DNA of 64,000 nucleotides, from NCBI GenBank assembly GCA_023386885.1, contig JAEWIX010000064.1, positions 103,314 to 167,313 on the forward strand, given 5' to 3'. Position numbers and translations under genes: made by a program. This document shows positions 19,631 through 28,980 of this stretch, piece after piece; the first letter of the stretch is position 1; every line of letters begins with the position of its first letter. The notes beneath the pieces are model-generated. The model ran no database searches. It saw only the letters and a list, made by a program, of their open reading frames with translations, and was not told the DNA's origin. This stretch comes from Pseudomonadota bacterium (lineage in GTDB: Bacteria > Pseudomonadota > Alphaproteobacteria > Rhizobiales > Xanthobacteraceae).

Positions 19631-22123
19631 ATGCGTCTGCTGTTCCGCTTTATGGGGTTCCTGTTTGCTGCCGGTACCATCGTGTTCCTGGTTGGCGTTG
19701 CCGCTGCGGCCGGCCTGATCTGGCATTTCTCCAAGGATCTGCCGGACTATTCCCAGCTGCAGAACTACGAGCCGCCGGTGATGACGCGGGTTCACGCGTC
19801 GGACGGTTCGCTACTCGCGGAATATTCCAGGGAGCGGCGTCTCTATCTGCCGATCCAGGCTGTCCCCAAGCTGGTGATCAACGCCTTCCTCGCGGCCGAA
19901 GATAAGAACTTCTACGAGCACGGCGGCATCGACTATCCCGGCATGGCGCGCGCCGCGCTGCTCTACGTCCAGAACTACGGTTCGAACCGGCGTCCGCAGG
20001 GTGCGTCGACCATCACCCAGCAGGTCGCCAAGAACTTCCTTCTGACCAACGAGGTATCCTTCACCCGCAAGATCAAGGAAGCCTTGCTGGCGATGCGAAT
20101 CGAGAACACCTATTCGAAGGACAAGATTCTCGAGCTTTATCTCAACGAGATTTATCTCGGCCTCGGCGCTTATGGCATCGCCGCCGCGTCCCTGGTGTAT
20201 TTCGACAAGTCGGTGAACGAACTGACCGTCGCGGAAGCCGCCTATCTCGCGGCGCTGCCGAAGGCGCCGTCCACCCTGCATCCGGTCAAGAACCGCGACC
20301 GTGCCATCGAGCGCCGCAACTACGTGATCGATCGCCTGCTGGAGAACGGCTGGATCAAGCAGGCCGACGCGGATGCTGCCCGCAAGTCGCCGCTGGCGGT
20401 GACCAGTCGCGCCAATGGCGCCCACACATTCGCCGGTGAATATTTCGCCGAGGAAGTGCGTCGCGACCTGTTCGAGCGTTACGGCGAAAAGAAGCTCTAT
20501 GAAGGCGGCCTGTCGGTGCGCACCTCGCTCGATCCGAAACTGCAGGTCGAGGCACGCAAGACCATGGTCAAGGGCCTCGTCAACTACGATGAGAAGCAGG
20601 GCTGGCGTGGGCCGGTGAGCAAGCTCGATATCTCCGGCGACTGGGGCGTGAAGCTTGCCGACGTCAAATCGCTGTCGGACATTTCGCCGTGGCGGATGGC
20701 CGTGGTGCTGGAAACGAGTGACCAGTCGGCGCGGATCGGATTCCAGCCGGGACGCGAACTCGGCGGTGCGGTGAGCAAGGGCCGGGAGACCGGCATCATC
20801 ACGCTCGACGGCGTGAAGTGGGCGAAGGCCGCCTCCGGCCCGACGCGATTCAAGACCCCGACCAAAGTTTCGCAGGTGTTGTCGCCTGGCGACGTCATCT
20901 ATGCCGATCCGCTGATCGACAAGGACGGCCACGTTACCGAAGGGCAGTACCGGCTGCGGCAATTGCCGGAAGTCTCCGGCGCCATGGTGGTGATGGATCC
21001 GTGGACCGGTCGCGTGCTGGCGATGGTCGGCGGCTTTTCGTTCGACCAGAGCCAGTTCAATCGCGCGACGCAGGCTTATCGGCAGCCCGGCTCGTCGTTC
21101 AAGCCGCTGGTGTACTCCTCGGCGCTCGACAACGGCTATACGCCATCGACCGTGGTGGTCGACGCGCCGATCGAGATCGATCAAGGGCAGGGTGGTGGCG
21201 TCTGGCGGCCGGAAAACTATTCGACCGGCAAGTATTATGGCCCGACCACCTTGCGCAACGCGCTGCAGCGCTCGCTGAACACGGTCACGGTGCGGCTGGC
21301 GCAGGACATCGGCATGCCGCTGATCGGCGAATACGCCAAGCGCTTCGGCGTCTATGACGAACTGCCGAACTACCTGTCCTATGCGCTCGGTGCCGGCGAG
21401 ACCACGGTGATGCGGATGGTCACCGCCTATTCGATGTTCGCCAACGGCGGCAAGCGGATCAAGGCCACGCTGATCGACCGTATTCAGGACCGTTACGGCC
21501 ACACTATCTTCAAGCACGATCAGCGCGAGTGCCGCGGCTGCGACGCGCCGGGCGGCTGGAAAAATCAGCCCGAGCCGCAACTCGTTGATCGCCGCGAGCA
21601 GGTGCTCGATCCGATGACCGCCTACCAGATCACCTCGATGATGGAAGGCGTTGTCCAACACGGCACCGCGACCGTAGTGCGCGAAGTGGGCAAGCCGATC
21701 GCCGGCAAGACCGGCACCACCAACGACGAGAAGGATGCGTGGTTCGTCGGCTTCTCGCCGGATCTCGTGGTTGGCATCTATATCGGCTACGACAAGCCGC
21801 GCAATCTGGGGCGTGGCGCGACCGGTGGCCATCTCGCCGCGCCAATCGCCAAGGACTTCCTCAAGCTGGCGCTTGCGGACAAGCCGGCGGTTCCCTTCAA
21901 GGTGCCGGCCGGCATCAAGCTCATCCGCGTCGATGCCAAGACCGGCATGCGCGCCGGACCCGGCGATGGCGGACGCACCATTCTCGAAGCCTTCAAGCCC
22001 GGCACGGCGCCGCCCGACAACTATTCGATCATCGGCGTTGCGGATGCGGACGGTCATGCCGTCGGCGTTTCGCCCGATGCGGACCGCGCGATCATCCGGC
22101 CCGGTACCGGCGGGCTTTACTGA
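19631..22123 (+). CDS. mrcA: penicillin-binding protein 1A (bifunctional glycosyltransferase/transpeptidase)
   Basis: GT51 motif 'EDKNFYEHGGID', transpeptidase 'SSFKP', 'KTGTTND'. 830 aa with an N-terminal TM anchor. Confidence 0.93.
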   Translation: MRLLFRFMGFLFAAGTIVFLVGVAAAAGLIWHFSKDLPDYSQLQNYEPPVMTRVHASDGSLLAEYSRERRLYLPIQAVPKLVINAFLAAEDKNFYEHGGIDYPGMARAALLYVQNYGSNRRPQGASTITQQVAKNFLLTNEVSFTRKIKEALLAMRIENTYSKDKILELYLNEIYLGLGAYGIAAASLVYFDKSVNELTVAEAAYLAALPKAPSTLHPVKNRDRAIERRNYVIDRLLENGWIKQADADAARKSPLAVTSRANGAHTFAGEYFAEEVRRDLFERYGEKKLYEGGLSVRTSLDPKLQVEARKTMVKGLVNYDEKQGWRGPVSKLDISGDWGVKLADVKSLSDISPWRMAVVLETSDQSARIGFQPGRELGGAVSKGRETGIITLDGVKWAKAASGPTRFKTPTKVSQVLSPGDVIYADPLIDKDGHVTEGQYRLRQLPEVSGAMVVMDPWTGRVLAMVGGFSFDQSQFNRATQAYRQPGSSFKPLVYSSALDNGYTPSTVVVDAPIEIDQGQGGGVWRPENYSTGKYYGPTTLRNALQRSLNTVTVRLAQDIGMPLIGEYAKRFGVYDELPNYLSYALGAGETTVMRMVTAYSMFANGGKRIKATLIDRIQDRYGHTIFKHDQRECRGCDAPGGWKNQPEPQLVDRREQVLDPMTAYQITSMMEGVVQHGTATVVREVGKPIAGKTGTTNDEKDAWFVGFSPDLVVGIYIGYDKPRNLGRGATGGHLAAPIAKDFLKLALADKPAVPFKVPAGIKLIRVDAKTGMRAGPGDGGRTILEAFKPGTAPPDNYSIIGVADADGHAVGVSPDADRAIIRPGTGGLY

Positions 22124-22198
22124 TTGCGTTCGACGGCGTTCGTCGCTACATCCCGCCACATCATTGATTTGCGAACCTGCCTCGCGACCGGAAAGATC

Positions 22199-23330
22199 AT
22201 GCGCGCTGAAATCGAAAGACTTGTCGAAGAGATCAAGCAGTCGGTCGGGCTGCTGAGGAGGCATCTTTGACGTCGATGCATCGACGGCACGACTGGCGGA
22301 GCTGAACCAGCTCGCTGAAGATCCCAAGCTCTGGGACGATCCCCAAAAAGCACAGAGGCTGATGCAGGAGCGCACCTCTCTGGAGGACGCGCTCACCGGC
22401 ATCGGCAAGGTCGAGCGCGAACTCGACGACAACGTCGAGATGATCGCGCTGGGCGAAGCCGAAAGCGACGACGGCATCGTTGCCGAGGCGGAAACCGCGC
22501 TCAAGCACCTGAAGAAAGAGGTCGCGCGTCGCGAACTCGAAGCGCTGCTGTCGGGCGAAGCCGACAAGTTCAACACCTATCTCGAAGTCCATGCCGGCGC
22601 GGGCGGCACCGAGAGCCAGGACTGGGCTTCGATGCTGCTGCGGATGTATACGCGCTGGGCCGAAAAGCACGGCTTCAAGATCGAGTATCTCGAAGAGACG
22701 CAGGGCGAAGAGGCCGGTATCAAGTCCGCGACGATCCAGATCAGCGGCCACAACGCCTATGGCTGGCTGAAGACCGAAGCCGGCGTGCATCGGCTGGTGC
22801 GCATTTCGCCGTTCGATTCCAATGCGCGGCGGCACACCTCGTTTTCCAGCGTCGCTATTTTTCCGGTCGTCGATGACAGTATCAAGATCGACATCAAGGA
22901 ATCCGACGTGCGCACCGACACCATGCGCTCCGGCGGCGCGGGCGGCCAGCACGTCAACAAGACCGAGTCCGCGGTACGCCTCACGCATATTCCAACGGGC
23001 GTCGCCGTGGTGTGTCAGGCCGGACGTTCGCAGCACAAGAACCGCGCGCAGGCGTGGGACATGCTGCGCGCACGACTGTATGAAATCGAATTGAAGAAGC
23101 GCGAGGAGCAGGCCGCCGCCGATCAGGCCGCCAAGACCGACATCGGCTGGGGTCATCAAATCCGCTCTTACGTGTTGCAGCCCTACCAGATGGTGAAGGA
23201 TTTGCGCACCGGCGTGCAGACATCCGATACCGCTGGCGTGCTCGACGGCGATCTCGACGAGTTCATGGCCGCGACCCTGGCGCAGCGCGCCTTCGGCACG
23301 ACGCCGGGAGCGATCGAAGACGTCGATTAA
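22199..23330 (+). CDS. prfB: peptide chain release factor 2, requires a programmed +1 frameshift at 22265-22271
   Basis: Frame 0 reads ATG 22199 ... '[23 protein letters not shown]' then TGA at 22268. The +1 frame from 22269 continues '[15 protein letters not shown]...' into the track ORF (22362..23330), which carries 'SPF' and 'GGQ' motifs. Confidence 0.9.
22256..22271 (+). promoter_or_regulatory. prfB frameshift cassette: internal SD-like AGGAGG, 3-nt spacer, CTT TGA C slippery/stop site
   Basis: AGGAGG at 22256-22261, CAT, CTT at 22265-22267, TGA at 22268-22270, C at 22271. This is the same architecture as the E. coli prfB recoding site. Confidence 0.85.
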
Positions 23331-23347
23331 ACTATTGGGAGTCCGTC

Positions 23348-24223
23348 ATGCCTCATGTTGCATTCATCGGTCTGGGACGGATGGGGCACGGCATGGCGGG
23401 GCGCTATCTCGATAGCGGCTTCACGCTCGCGGTCTGGAATCGCAGCCGCGCCAAAGCTGACGACTTGATTGCGCGCGGCGCACGATGGGCCGCAACGCCG
23501 GCCGATGCCGCTCGCGATGCCGATGCCATCGTCACCATGGTCGCGGACGATGCCGCTTCGCGTGCGGTGTGGACTGGCAAGGACGGCATCACTGAAACAG
23601 CGCGCAAAGGCGCGCTGGCAATCGAATGTTCGACAGTGTCGCATCGCCATGCCATCGCTCTTGCGCAGGAACTGGCGGCGCGTGGCTTGCATTACATCGA
23701 TTGTCCCGTGACGGGTCTACCTGATGCCGCAGCAGCCGGAAAGCTGACGCTGCTGGTCGGTGCGGAGGCAAATGATCTCGAAGCCGCACGCCCGTTCCTC
23801 GCACCACTCGGTGCAACCATCCGGCACTTCGGTCCTGTCGGCGCGGGCACGGTATTCAAGCTCATCAACAACCTGATGGGCGCGGTGCAGATCGCGAGCC
23901 TCGCCGAGGGGCTTCGCATCGCCGAGCAGGCCGGGCTCGATATGGCATTGGTGCAGCAGTCTCTTGCCAGCGGCGCGGTCGCAAGTCCGCAAGTGGTGCG
24001 GCACTCGGCACGCATGGTCGCGCGCGATTTCGCCGGTGCTTCGTTCACGGCCGCCCTTCGCCACAAGGACGCAAGCTACGCTCTGGCGCTGGCCGAAAAC
24101 CTCGGCCTCGATCTCTCGGTCGCTAGGGCCGCGCTGGACATCTATGCGCGAGCGGCCACTGCGATGCCTGATGACGACGAGGGACGCCTGATCGAAATGA
24201 TCAAGCCCGGCACCCCCGCGTAA
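23348..24223 (+). CDS. NAD(P)-dependent oxidoreductase, 3-hydroxyisobutyrate / 6-phosphogluconate dehydrogenase-like
   Basis: 'VAFIGLGRMGHGMA' dinucleotide-binding motif. 291 aa. Starts 17 nt after prfB. Confidence 0.8.
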   Translation: MPHVAFIGLGRMGHGMAGRYLDSGFTLAVWNRSRAKADDLIARGARWAATPADAARDADAIVTMVADDAASRAVWTGKDGITETARKGALAIECSTVSHRHAIALAQELAARGLHYIDCPVTGLPDAAAAGKLTLLVGAEANDLEAARPFLAPLGATIRHFGPVGAGTVFKLINNLMGAVQIASLAEGLRIAEQAGLDMALVQQSLASGAVASPQVVRHSARMVARDFAGASFTAALRHKDASYALALAENLGLDLSVARAALDIYARAATAMPDDDEGRLIEMIKPGTPA

Positions 24224-24373
24224 ATGTAAATAACGGTCACGTTTGGCAGCAACGCTGCATTGTTCTGAAAACGGGTGGTGACGCCGAGCCATTCGCGTTA
24301 CGTCCTTCCGCACCGGATGGCGGCACAACGAATTGTATCTGCTGCCGCCAGATGCAGGACAAAAACGTAAGTC

Positions 24374-25318
24374 ATGTCGATCGAAATCAGGACATCTATG
24401 CCGACGGCGGATCTGAGCATCACGTCCGGCGATTGGGTGCGGCTCGTTTGCCTCTCGGTGCTGTGGGGCGGCTCGTTTTTCTTCGCCGGAGTTGCGGTGA
24501 AGGAATTGCCGCCGCTCACCATCGTGTTCGTGCGCGTCGGACTGGCGGCATTGCTGCTGTTGCCGCTGATCCGACTGTACCGCATTCCGGTGCCGACCAC
24601 ATTTGCCGGCTGGCGGCCGTTCATCGTGATGGCGCTGCTCAACAACGTGCTGCCGTTCTCGCTGCTGGTCAGCGGGCAGACCATGATCGCCAGCGGCCTC
24701 GCATCGGTGATCAATGCCATGACGCCGGTGTTCACAGTGCTGGTGCTGGCGGCGTTCGGCGAGGAGAGGCTCATCGCGCGACGGGTGGCCGGCGTATTGC
24801 TGGGCTTGTTCGGCGTCATCGTTCTGCGCGGTGTCGATCTGCATCTCGATTCACAGCAGAGCCTCGGAATCCTGCTGTGTCTTGGTGCGACTGTCGTGTT
24901 CGGATTCTCGGCACTCTGGGCCAAGCGTGAGTTGCAGGGCGTCGAACCGCTGGCGGCGGCGACCTTTCAACTGATCTGCTCGGGCGTCATGATGTTCGTG
25001 CTATCGATGGCTATAGATCGGCCGTGGCAATTGCCGATGCCGCACGCCACCACCTTGCTGGCGCTGGTCGGGTTGGCGGCGCTGTCGACGTCGCTGGCCT
25101 ACATCCTGTTCTTCCAGATCATTCGCGGCTCCGGTCCCGGCAACGTCATGCTGGTGACGTTGCTCGTCCCGGTCACCGCGATTGCGCTTGGTTATGTCGT
25201 GCTCGACGAAGTCGTGACCCCGCGCGAGATCGTCGGCGCGCTGATCATCGCCAGCGGCCTGCTGATCATGGACGGACGGCTGTTGTCGCGCTTCTCCACG
25301 CGGTCAGCCAGCCGGTGA
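24374..25318 (+). CDS. DMT-superfamily (EamA-like) transporter
   Basis: 314 aa, about 10 hydrophobic helices, duplicated EamA-like halves. Confidence 0.8.
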   Translation: MSIEIRTSMPTADLSITSGDWVRLVCLSVLWGGSFFFAGVAVKELPPLTIVFVRVGLAALLLLPLIRLYRIPVPTTFAGWRPFIVMALLNNVLPFSLLVSGQTMIASGLASVINAMTPVFTVLVLAAFGEERLIARRVAGVLLGLFGVIVLRGVDLHLDSQQSLGILLCLGATVVFGFSALWAKRELQGVEPLAAATFQLICSGVMMFVLSMAIDRPWQLPMPHATTLLALVGLAALSTSLAYILFFQIIRGSGPGNVMLVTLLVPVTAIALGYVVLDEVVTPREIVGALIIASGLLIMDGRLLSRFSTRSASR

Positions 25319-27434
25319 AGCGGCCGCTGTCGCGGTCGCCGCCGTGCCAGGCGGCGCGCACGGTCCCGTCATCCGCCACCATGAACACGACATCGAGCCC
25401 CTTGGAGCGCCGCAGAGTTTCCACCGCCTGCTCCGGCGTCTGCGCAATCGGGCCCGCGACATTGAACGAGGTATTCACCGACACTTCGACGCCGATGCGG
25501 CGACCGAGCGCCTTCAGATAAGCGTAGGTGAGGGGATCGTCGTCCTCGCGCACGATCTGGATGCGGCCGGTGCCGTCGGCATGAACAACCGACGGGATTT
25601 TCGCGACGGCCGCCGGCTTCGAATGCGCCGTCAGCACCATGTAGTTGTAGGCGTTGTAGTTGCCGTCCGATGCGCCTTCGTGCAACTCGAAAAATTCCTG
25701 CGCGGCTTCCAGCGTCGCCATCGGCGCGAGCGGACGAATCTTCTCGCGATATTTCACGCGTTCGTTGAGACGCTCGCGCGTCTCTGGATCGCAAGGGTTG
25801 GCGAGAATCGAACGATGTCCGAGCGCGCGCGGTCCCGTTTCTCCAGGCCCCTGATAGAGCGCGACGATGCCGCCGCTGGCAACGCAACAAGCCATCAGAT
25901 CGGCAATGGCGTCGCGTCCGTTCGCCGTCGTGATGGTGCCGATGGTTTCCGATGCGATGTCTGGGGCAGCGGCCAGCGCGGCGGCGATATCCTCGCCGGT
26001 CGGCGACGTGCCGCAGTAGAACGCGTGAGTTTCCGCCGCACCGCGTGGCGCGCCGGCGAGATGCGCGAGCCACCACGCCGCGCCGATCGGCACACCGGGG
26101 TCGCTCGGCATCGGTGGTACCCAAAGATGCAGGCGCGTCTTGCGCTGCTGCGCCTTGGCAAACCACGCCTCGTCGAAATGTTCGAGCAGTCGCATGCTGG
26201 CCAGTGCATTCAGCGCGACGCCGCCCGACAAGATCAGCTTGTTGGTGCCGGTGCTCCGCAGCAGATGATCGACGGCATGGATCAACGCATCCTCGAGCAC
26301 CATCTGCGTTGCCGCCGCCTTATCGAGGCGATCCTGTGTGTCGGGACGATGCTGGATGTCCTCGACGCGCAGGACGGCATCCGGATTCCACAGTTGATCC
26401 GGCCGCAACGGCGGGCCGAGAATATCCGTCAGTGGTTGCTTGTAAGGATTGTCGAACGGATCGCGATACCAGTTCGCCATCGCGCGGTTCAATCTGATCG
26501 CGCCGTCGGGGCCGAAATCGAGCACCTCTTTCAGCCGCGAATAATAACGGTTCGTGGCGCGATTCATGTCGCCCCAGGCAGCCGCGCCCATGTAGCGGCC
26601 CTCGCTGGAAAGCCACGTCCAGCCGCCCTGCGTCGAGGAAATCACGCTATAGAACGCGCCGAGTGAATCGAACACGCTTTCATTGCAGGAGATTTCCGTG
26701 ATGTCGTCGCCTTGCGCTATGAACGACGAGATCGAGCCGCGGTCGCCGGTGCCGTCGAATACGCCGATGGCCACCGGGTCTGCACTTCCGGCGAACGGCG
26801 ACACCGCATAGGGAAACCACGCATGGTTGAGGTGGTGCGGTACGAGGATCAGTTGCGGTGGCTTCGCAAGACCGAACTGCTTGGCAAGAATGCGTGGGGT
26901 GCGCCGCATCTGATCGAGGCGGCGGCGGTCGACACCGATGGCATCGGAGTAGGACAATAGCTTGAGGCTGCCCGGCGCTTCCTCGATCGCGGTTCGCATC
27001 ATGGTCCCGAACAGCGTCGGATAATCCCACGTCGTCGCGAACGCCGCGATGTCACCGATATCGCGCCCCATCGCACGCAAGGTCGCGGCCATTGCGTCGA
27101 GGGAGCGATGCGGAAATTCGGAGGTGTGCTTGTTGCCCGAGAAGCGCTCCTCCTCGTTGTTGACGATGAGGCGCGGTCCGCTGGCTTGCGTGACCTCGAT
27201 CAGCGCCACGCCGGTGTTATGAGTTCCCGACGAGGCGAGGCCCGCGATGTAAACCGTCTCGCCGTCGCGCAGACGCTGGGCGATCAAGGCAATCGTGGTG
27301 CGTGCAAACTCGCTGTCAATTCCGTGAAATCCTGCGCGTGCCATCAGCCGGGCGCTGATCGCGCGCGTGGCGTGAAACGCGGCGTCGGCAAGCCGGGGGA
27401 AGGTTGGTCCAATTCGGCGTGGCGGCGCGTTCAA
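25266..27434 (-). CDS. NodU/CmcH-family carbamoyltransferase
   Basis: 722-aa ORF. The Kae1/ASKHA-like N-domain and the C-terminal 'VHADGTGRIQIV...VNTSFNVAGPI' domain are typical of O-carbamoyltransferases. The N-terminal start is uncertain (alternative 'MARAGFHG'). Confidence 0.8.
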   Translation of the reverse strand: MNAPPRRIGPTFPRLADAAFHATRAISARLMARAGFHGIDSEFARTTIALIAQRLRDGETVYIAGLASSGTHNTGVALIEVTQASGPRLIVNNEEERFSGNKHTSEFPHRSLDAMAATLRAMGRDIGDIAAFATTWDYPTLFGTMMRTAIEEAPGSLKLLSYSDAIGVDRRRLDQMRRTPRILAKQFGLAKPPQLILVPHHLNHAWFPYAVSPFAGSADPVAIGVFDGTGDRGSISSFIAQGDDITEISCNESVFDSLGAFYSVISSTQGGWTWLSSEGRYMGAAAWGDMNRATNRYYSRLKEVLDFGPDGAIRLNRAMANWYRDPFDNPYKQPLTDILGPPLRPDQLWNPDAVLRVEDIQHRPDTQDRLDKAAATQMVLEDALIHAVDHLLRSTGTNKLILSGGVALNALASMRLLEHFDEAWFAKAQQRKTRLHLWVPPMPSDPGVPIGAAWWLAHLAGAPRGAAETHAFYCGTSPTGEDIAAALAAAPDIASETIGTITTANGRDAIADLMACCVASGGIVALYQGPGETGPRALGHRSILANPCDPETRERLNERVKYREKIRPLAPMATLEAAQEFFELHEGASDGNYNAYNYMVLTAHSKPAAVAKIPSVVHADGTGRIQIVREDDDPLTYAYLKALGRRIGVEVSVNTSFNVAGPIAQTPEQAVETLRRSKGLDVVFMVADDGTVRAAWHGGDRDSGRFTGWLTAWRSATTAVRP

Positions 27435-27553
27435 GCGGGATATCTCCGAGCGAAAATCAACCTCCCGGCAGCGGGAATGGGCGGTCTACAACAGCAACGC
27501 TGCCGCCGCCAGACCGCTTAAGTCATCGGATGTGCCGATAGGGAGAATAGCTC

Positions 27554-28891
27554 TCAATGCGCAGCCGCGTAACGTGCGCCGGCGCGCAGGAAGCGTTGCG
27601 GGTCCACGGCCTCGCCGTCGATGCGGGTTTCGTAGTGCAGATGCGGGCCGGTCGAACGTCCGGTGGAGCCGACTTCACCGACGATTTGCCCGATGTGAAT
27701 TTGCTGACCGACCTTGACGTTGATGCGGGACATGTGACCGTAGCGTGTCGACAGTCCGTTGCCGTGATCGATCTCTACCATGCGGCCGTAGCCTCCAGCC
27801 CATCCCGCCGAAACGACGCGACCGTTGGCGGTGGCGCGAACCGGATCGCCAGTCGAAGCGCGAAAATCGAGGCCGGTGTGCATTGCCGGGCGACCGAGGA
27901 ACGGATCGGTGCGAACGCCGAAGCCGGAGGACAACTCGATCTCGCCAAGCACCGGCGTCCGATACGGGACCTGAGCGAGGGTACGCGACAGGTGGTCGAG
28001 GTGCGCGCGCGAAACGTTGACACGCGAGAGTTGCTGTTCGAACGATCCGGTGTGGGTGCCCGGCTTCACCGGCACGTAAGGCCCCCCGACACCTCCTCGC
28101 GGCGTGTGGATCTCAAGGCGGGCCATATTCAGCCCGAGGTCGCTCACGAGGCTCTTCATCTTGCGGATACGTGAATCGTAGCTGCTTTCCGCCGAGGTCA
28201 GCATCGCCATCTGACGTTGCTCGATCTGGTCCAGCGAGGTCTGAAGACTGGCGATGGTGTCGTTGACATTGGCGTTCTTGGCCAGCTTGAAAGGCTTGGA
28301 ACCGAAACGATGGGTCAAGCCGGATTGCCGTCCGGGCGTCGCGTCGCTCTCAGGAAGTGGCGCCGGCTTCGACCGCCCGAACAGTTTTTCCGTCAAGGTG
28401 CGGGCCGCCGGTTTCACTGAACCGGTTGCGGTGTTTTCCGGAAGCGCGCCGAGCGCCGCGGTCCGCTTGTCGAGCGCCGTCTGTCGCTGAACAATCTGAT
28501 CGAGCTTCTGTTCGAATTGCTCCTGATCGAGCAATTGGCGGCTGGTGGTCCGGTCGATCCGCGCGCGCAATTCGGCGATGCGATCTTCGTAGGAATATTG
28601 CATCTCGGCCTGACGTGCGAGCAGGCGGGTCAGCACGTCGTCGCGGAAGGTGAAGTAGGTCGCGGTTGCCGCAGACCACGCTCCAAGCATGGTGATCGTT
28701 CCGACGACGATCCAGAAAATCACCGGTCCGATACGGACCTGCTTGCCCGCGTGGGCAATGACATAGGCGCTTGAGGGGGGAGAGCGATGGGTGGCGGTGG
28801 CGGCTACCGCCGGACGCCGGGCCGGCACATGTGCATGTCGATGCGGCTGAGAGTGCGAATGCTCCGAATAGCGGTTCGAAAGGTGTGACAT
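27554..28891 (-). CDS. M23-family peptidoglycan metalloendopeptidase with N-terminal TM and coiled-coil region
   Basis: 'HTGLDFRA', 'GGYGRMVEIDHGNGLSTRYGHMS', 'GSTGRSTGPHLHYE' LytM-domain motifs. Confidence 0.85.
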   Translation of the reverse strand: MSHLSNRYSEHSHSQPHRHAHVPARRPAVAATATHRSPPSSAYVIAHAGKQVRIGPVIFWIVVGTITMLGAWSAATATYFTFRDDVLTRLLARQAEMQYSYEDRIAELRARIDRTTSRQLLDQEQFEQKLDQIVQRQTALDKRTAALGALPENTATGSVKPAARTLTEKLFGRSKPAPLPESDATPGRQSGLTHRFGSKPFKLAKNANVNDTIASLQTSLDQIEQRQMAMLTSAESSYDSRIRKMKSLVSDLGLNMARLEIHTPRGGVGGPYVPVKPGTHTGSFEQQLSRVNVSRAHLDHLSRTLAQVPYRTPVLGEIELSSGFGVRTDPFLGRPAMHTGLDFRASTGDPVRATANGRVVSAGWAGGYGRMVEIDHGNGLSTRYGHMSRINVKVGQQIHIGQIVGEVGSTGRSTGPHLHYETRIDGEAVDPQRFLRAGARYAAAH

Positions 28892-28980
28892 CAGTACTCC
28901 CGCATCGCCGGAGCACCGCCGGCTAAGCCTTACACTGATGCCGATTTGACCTTCTCATGGTTAATTTTAGGGAAATGACC

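Noticed and set aside
19811-22576. A 921-aa minus-strand ORF spanning mrcA and the prfB start
   Set aside because: Shadow ORF antisense to PBP1A, whose GT51 and SxxK/KTG motifs are all on the plus strand. Low-complexity Arg/Gly/Ala-rich translation with no motifs.
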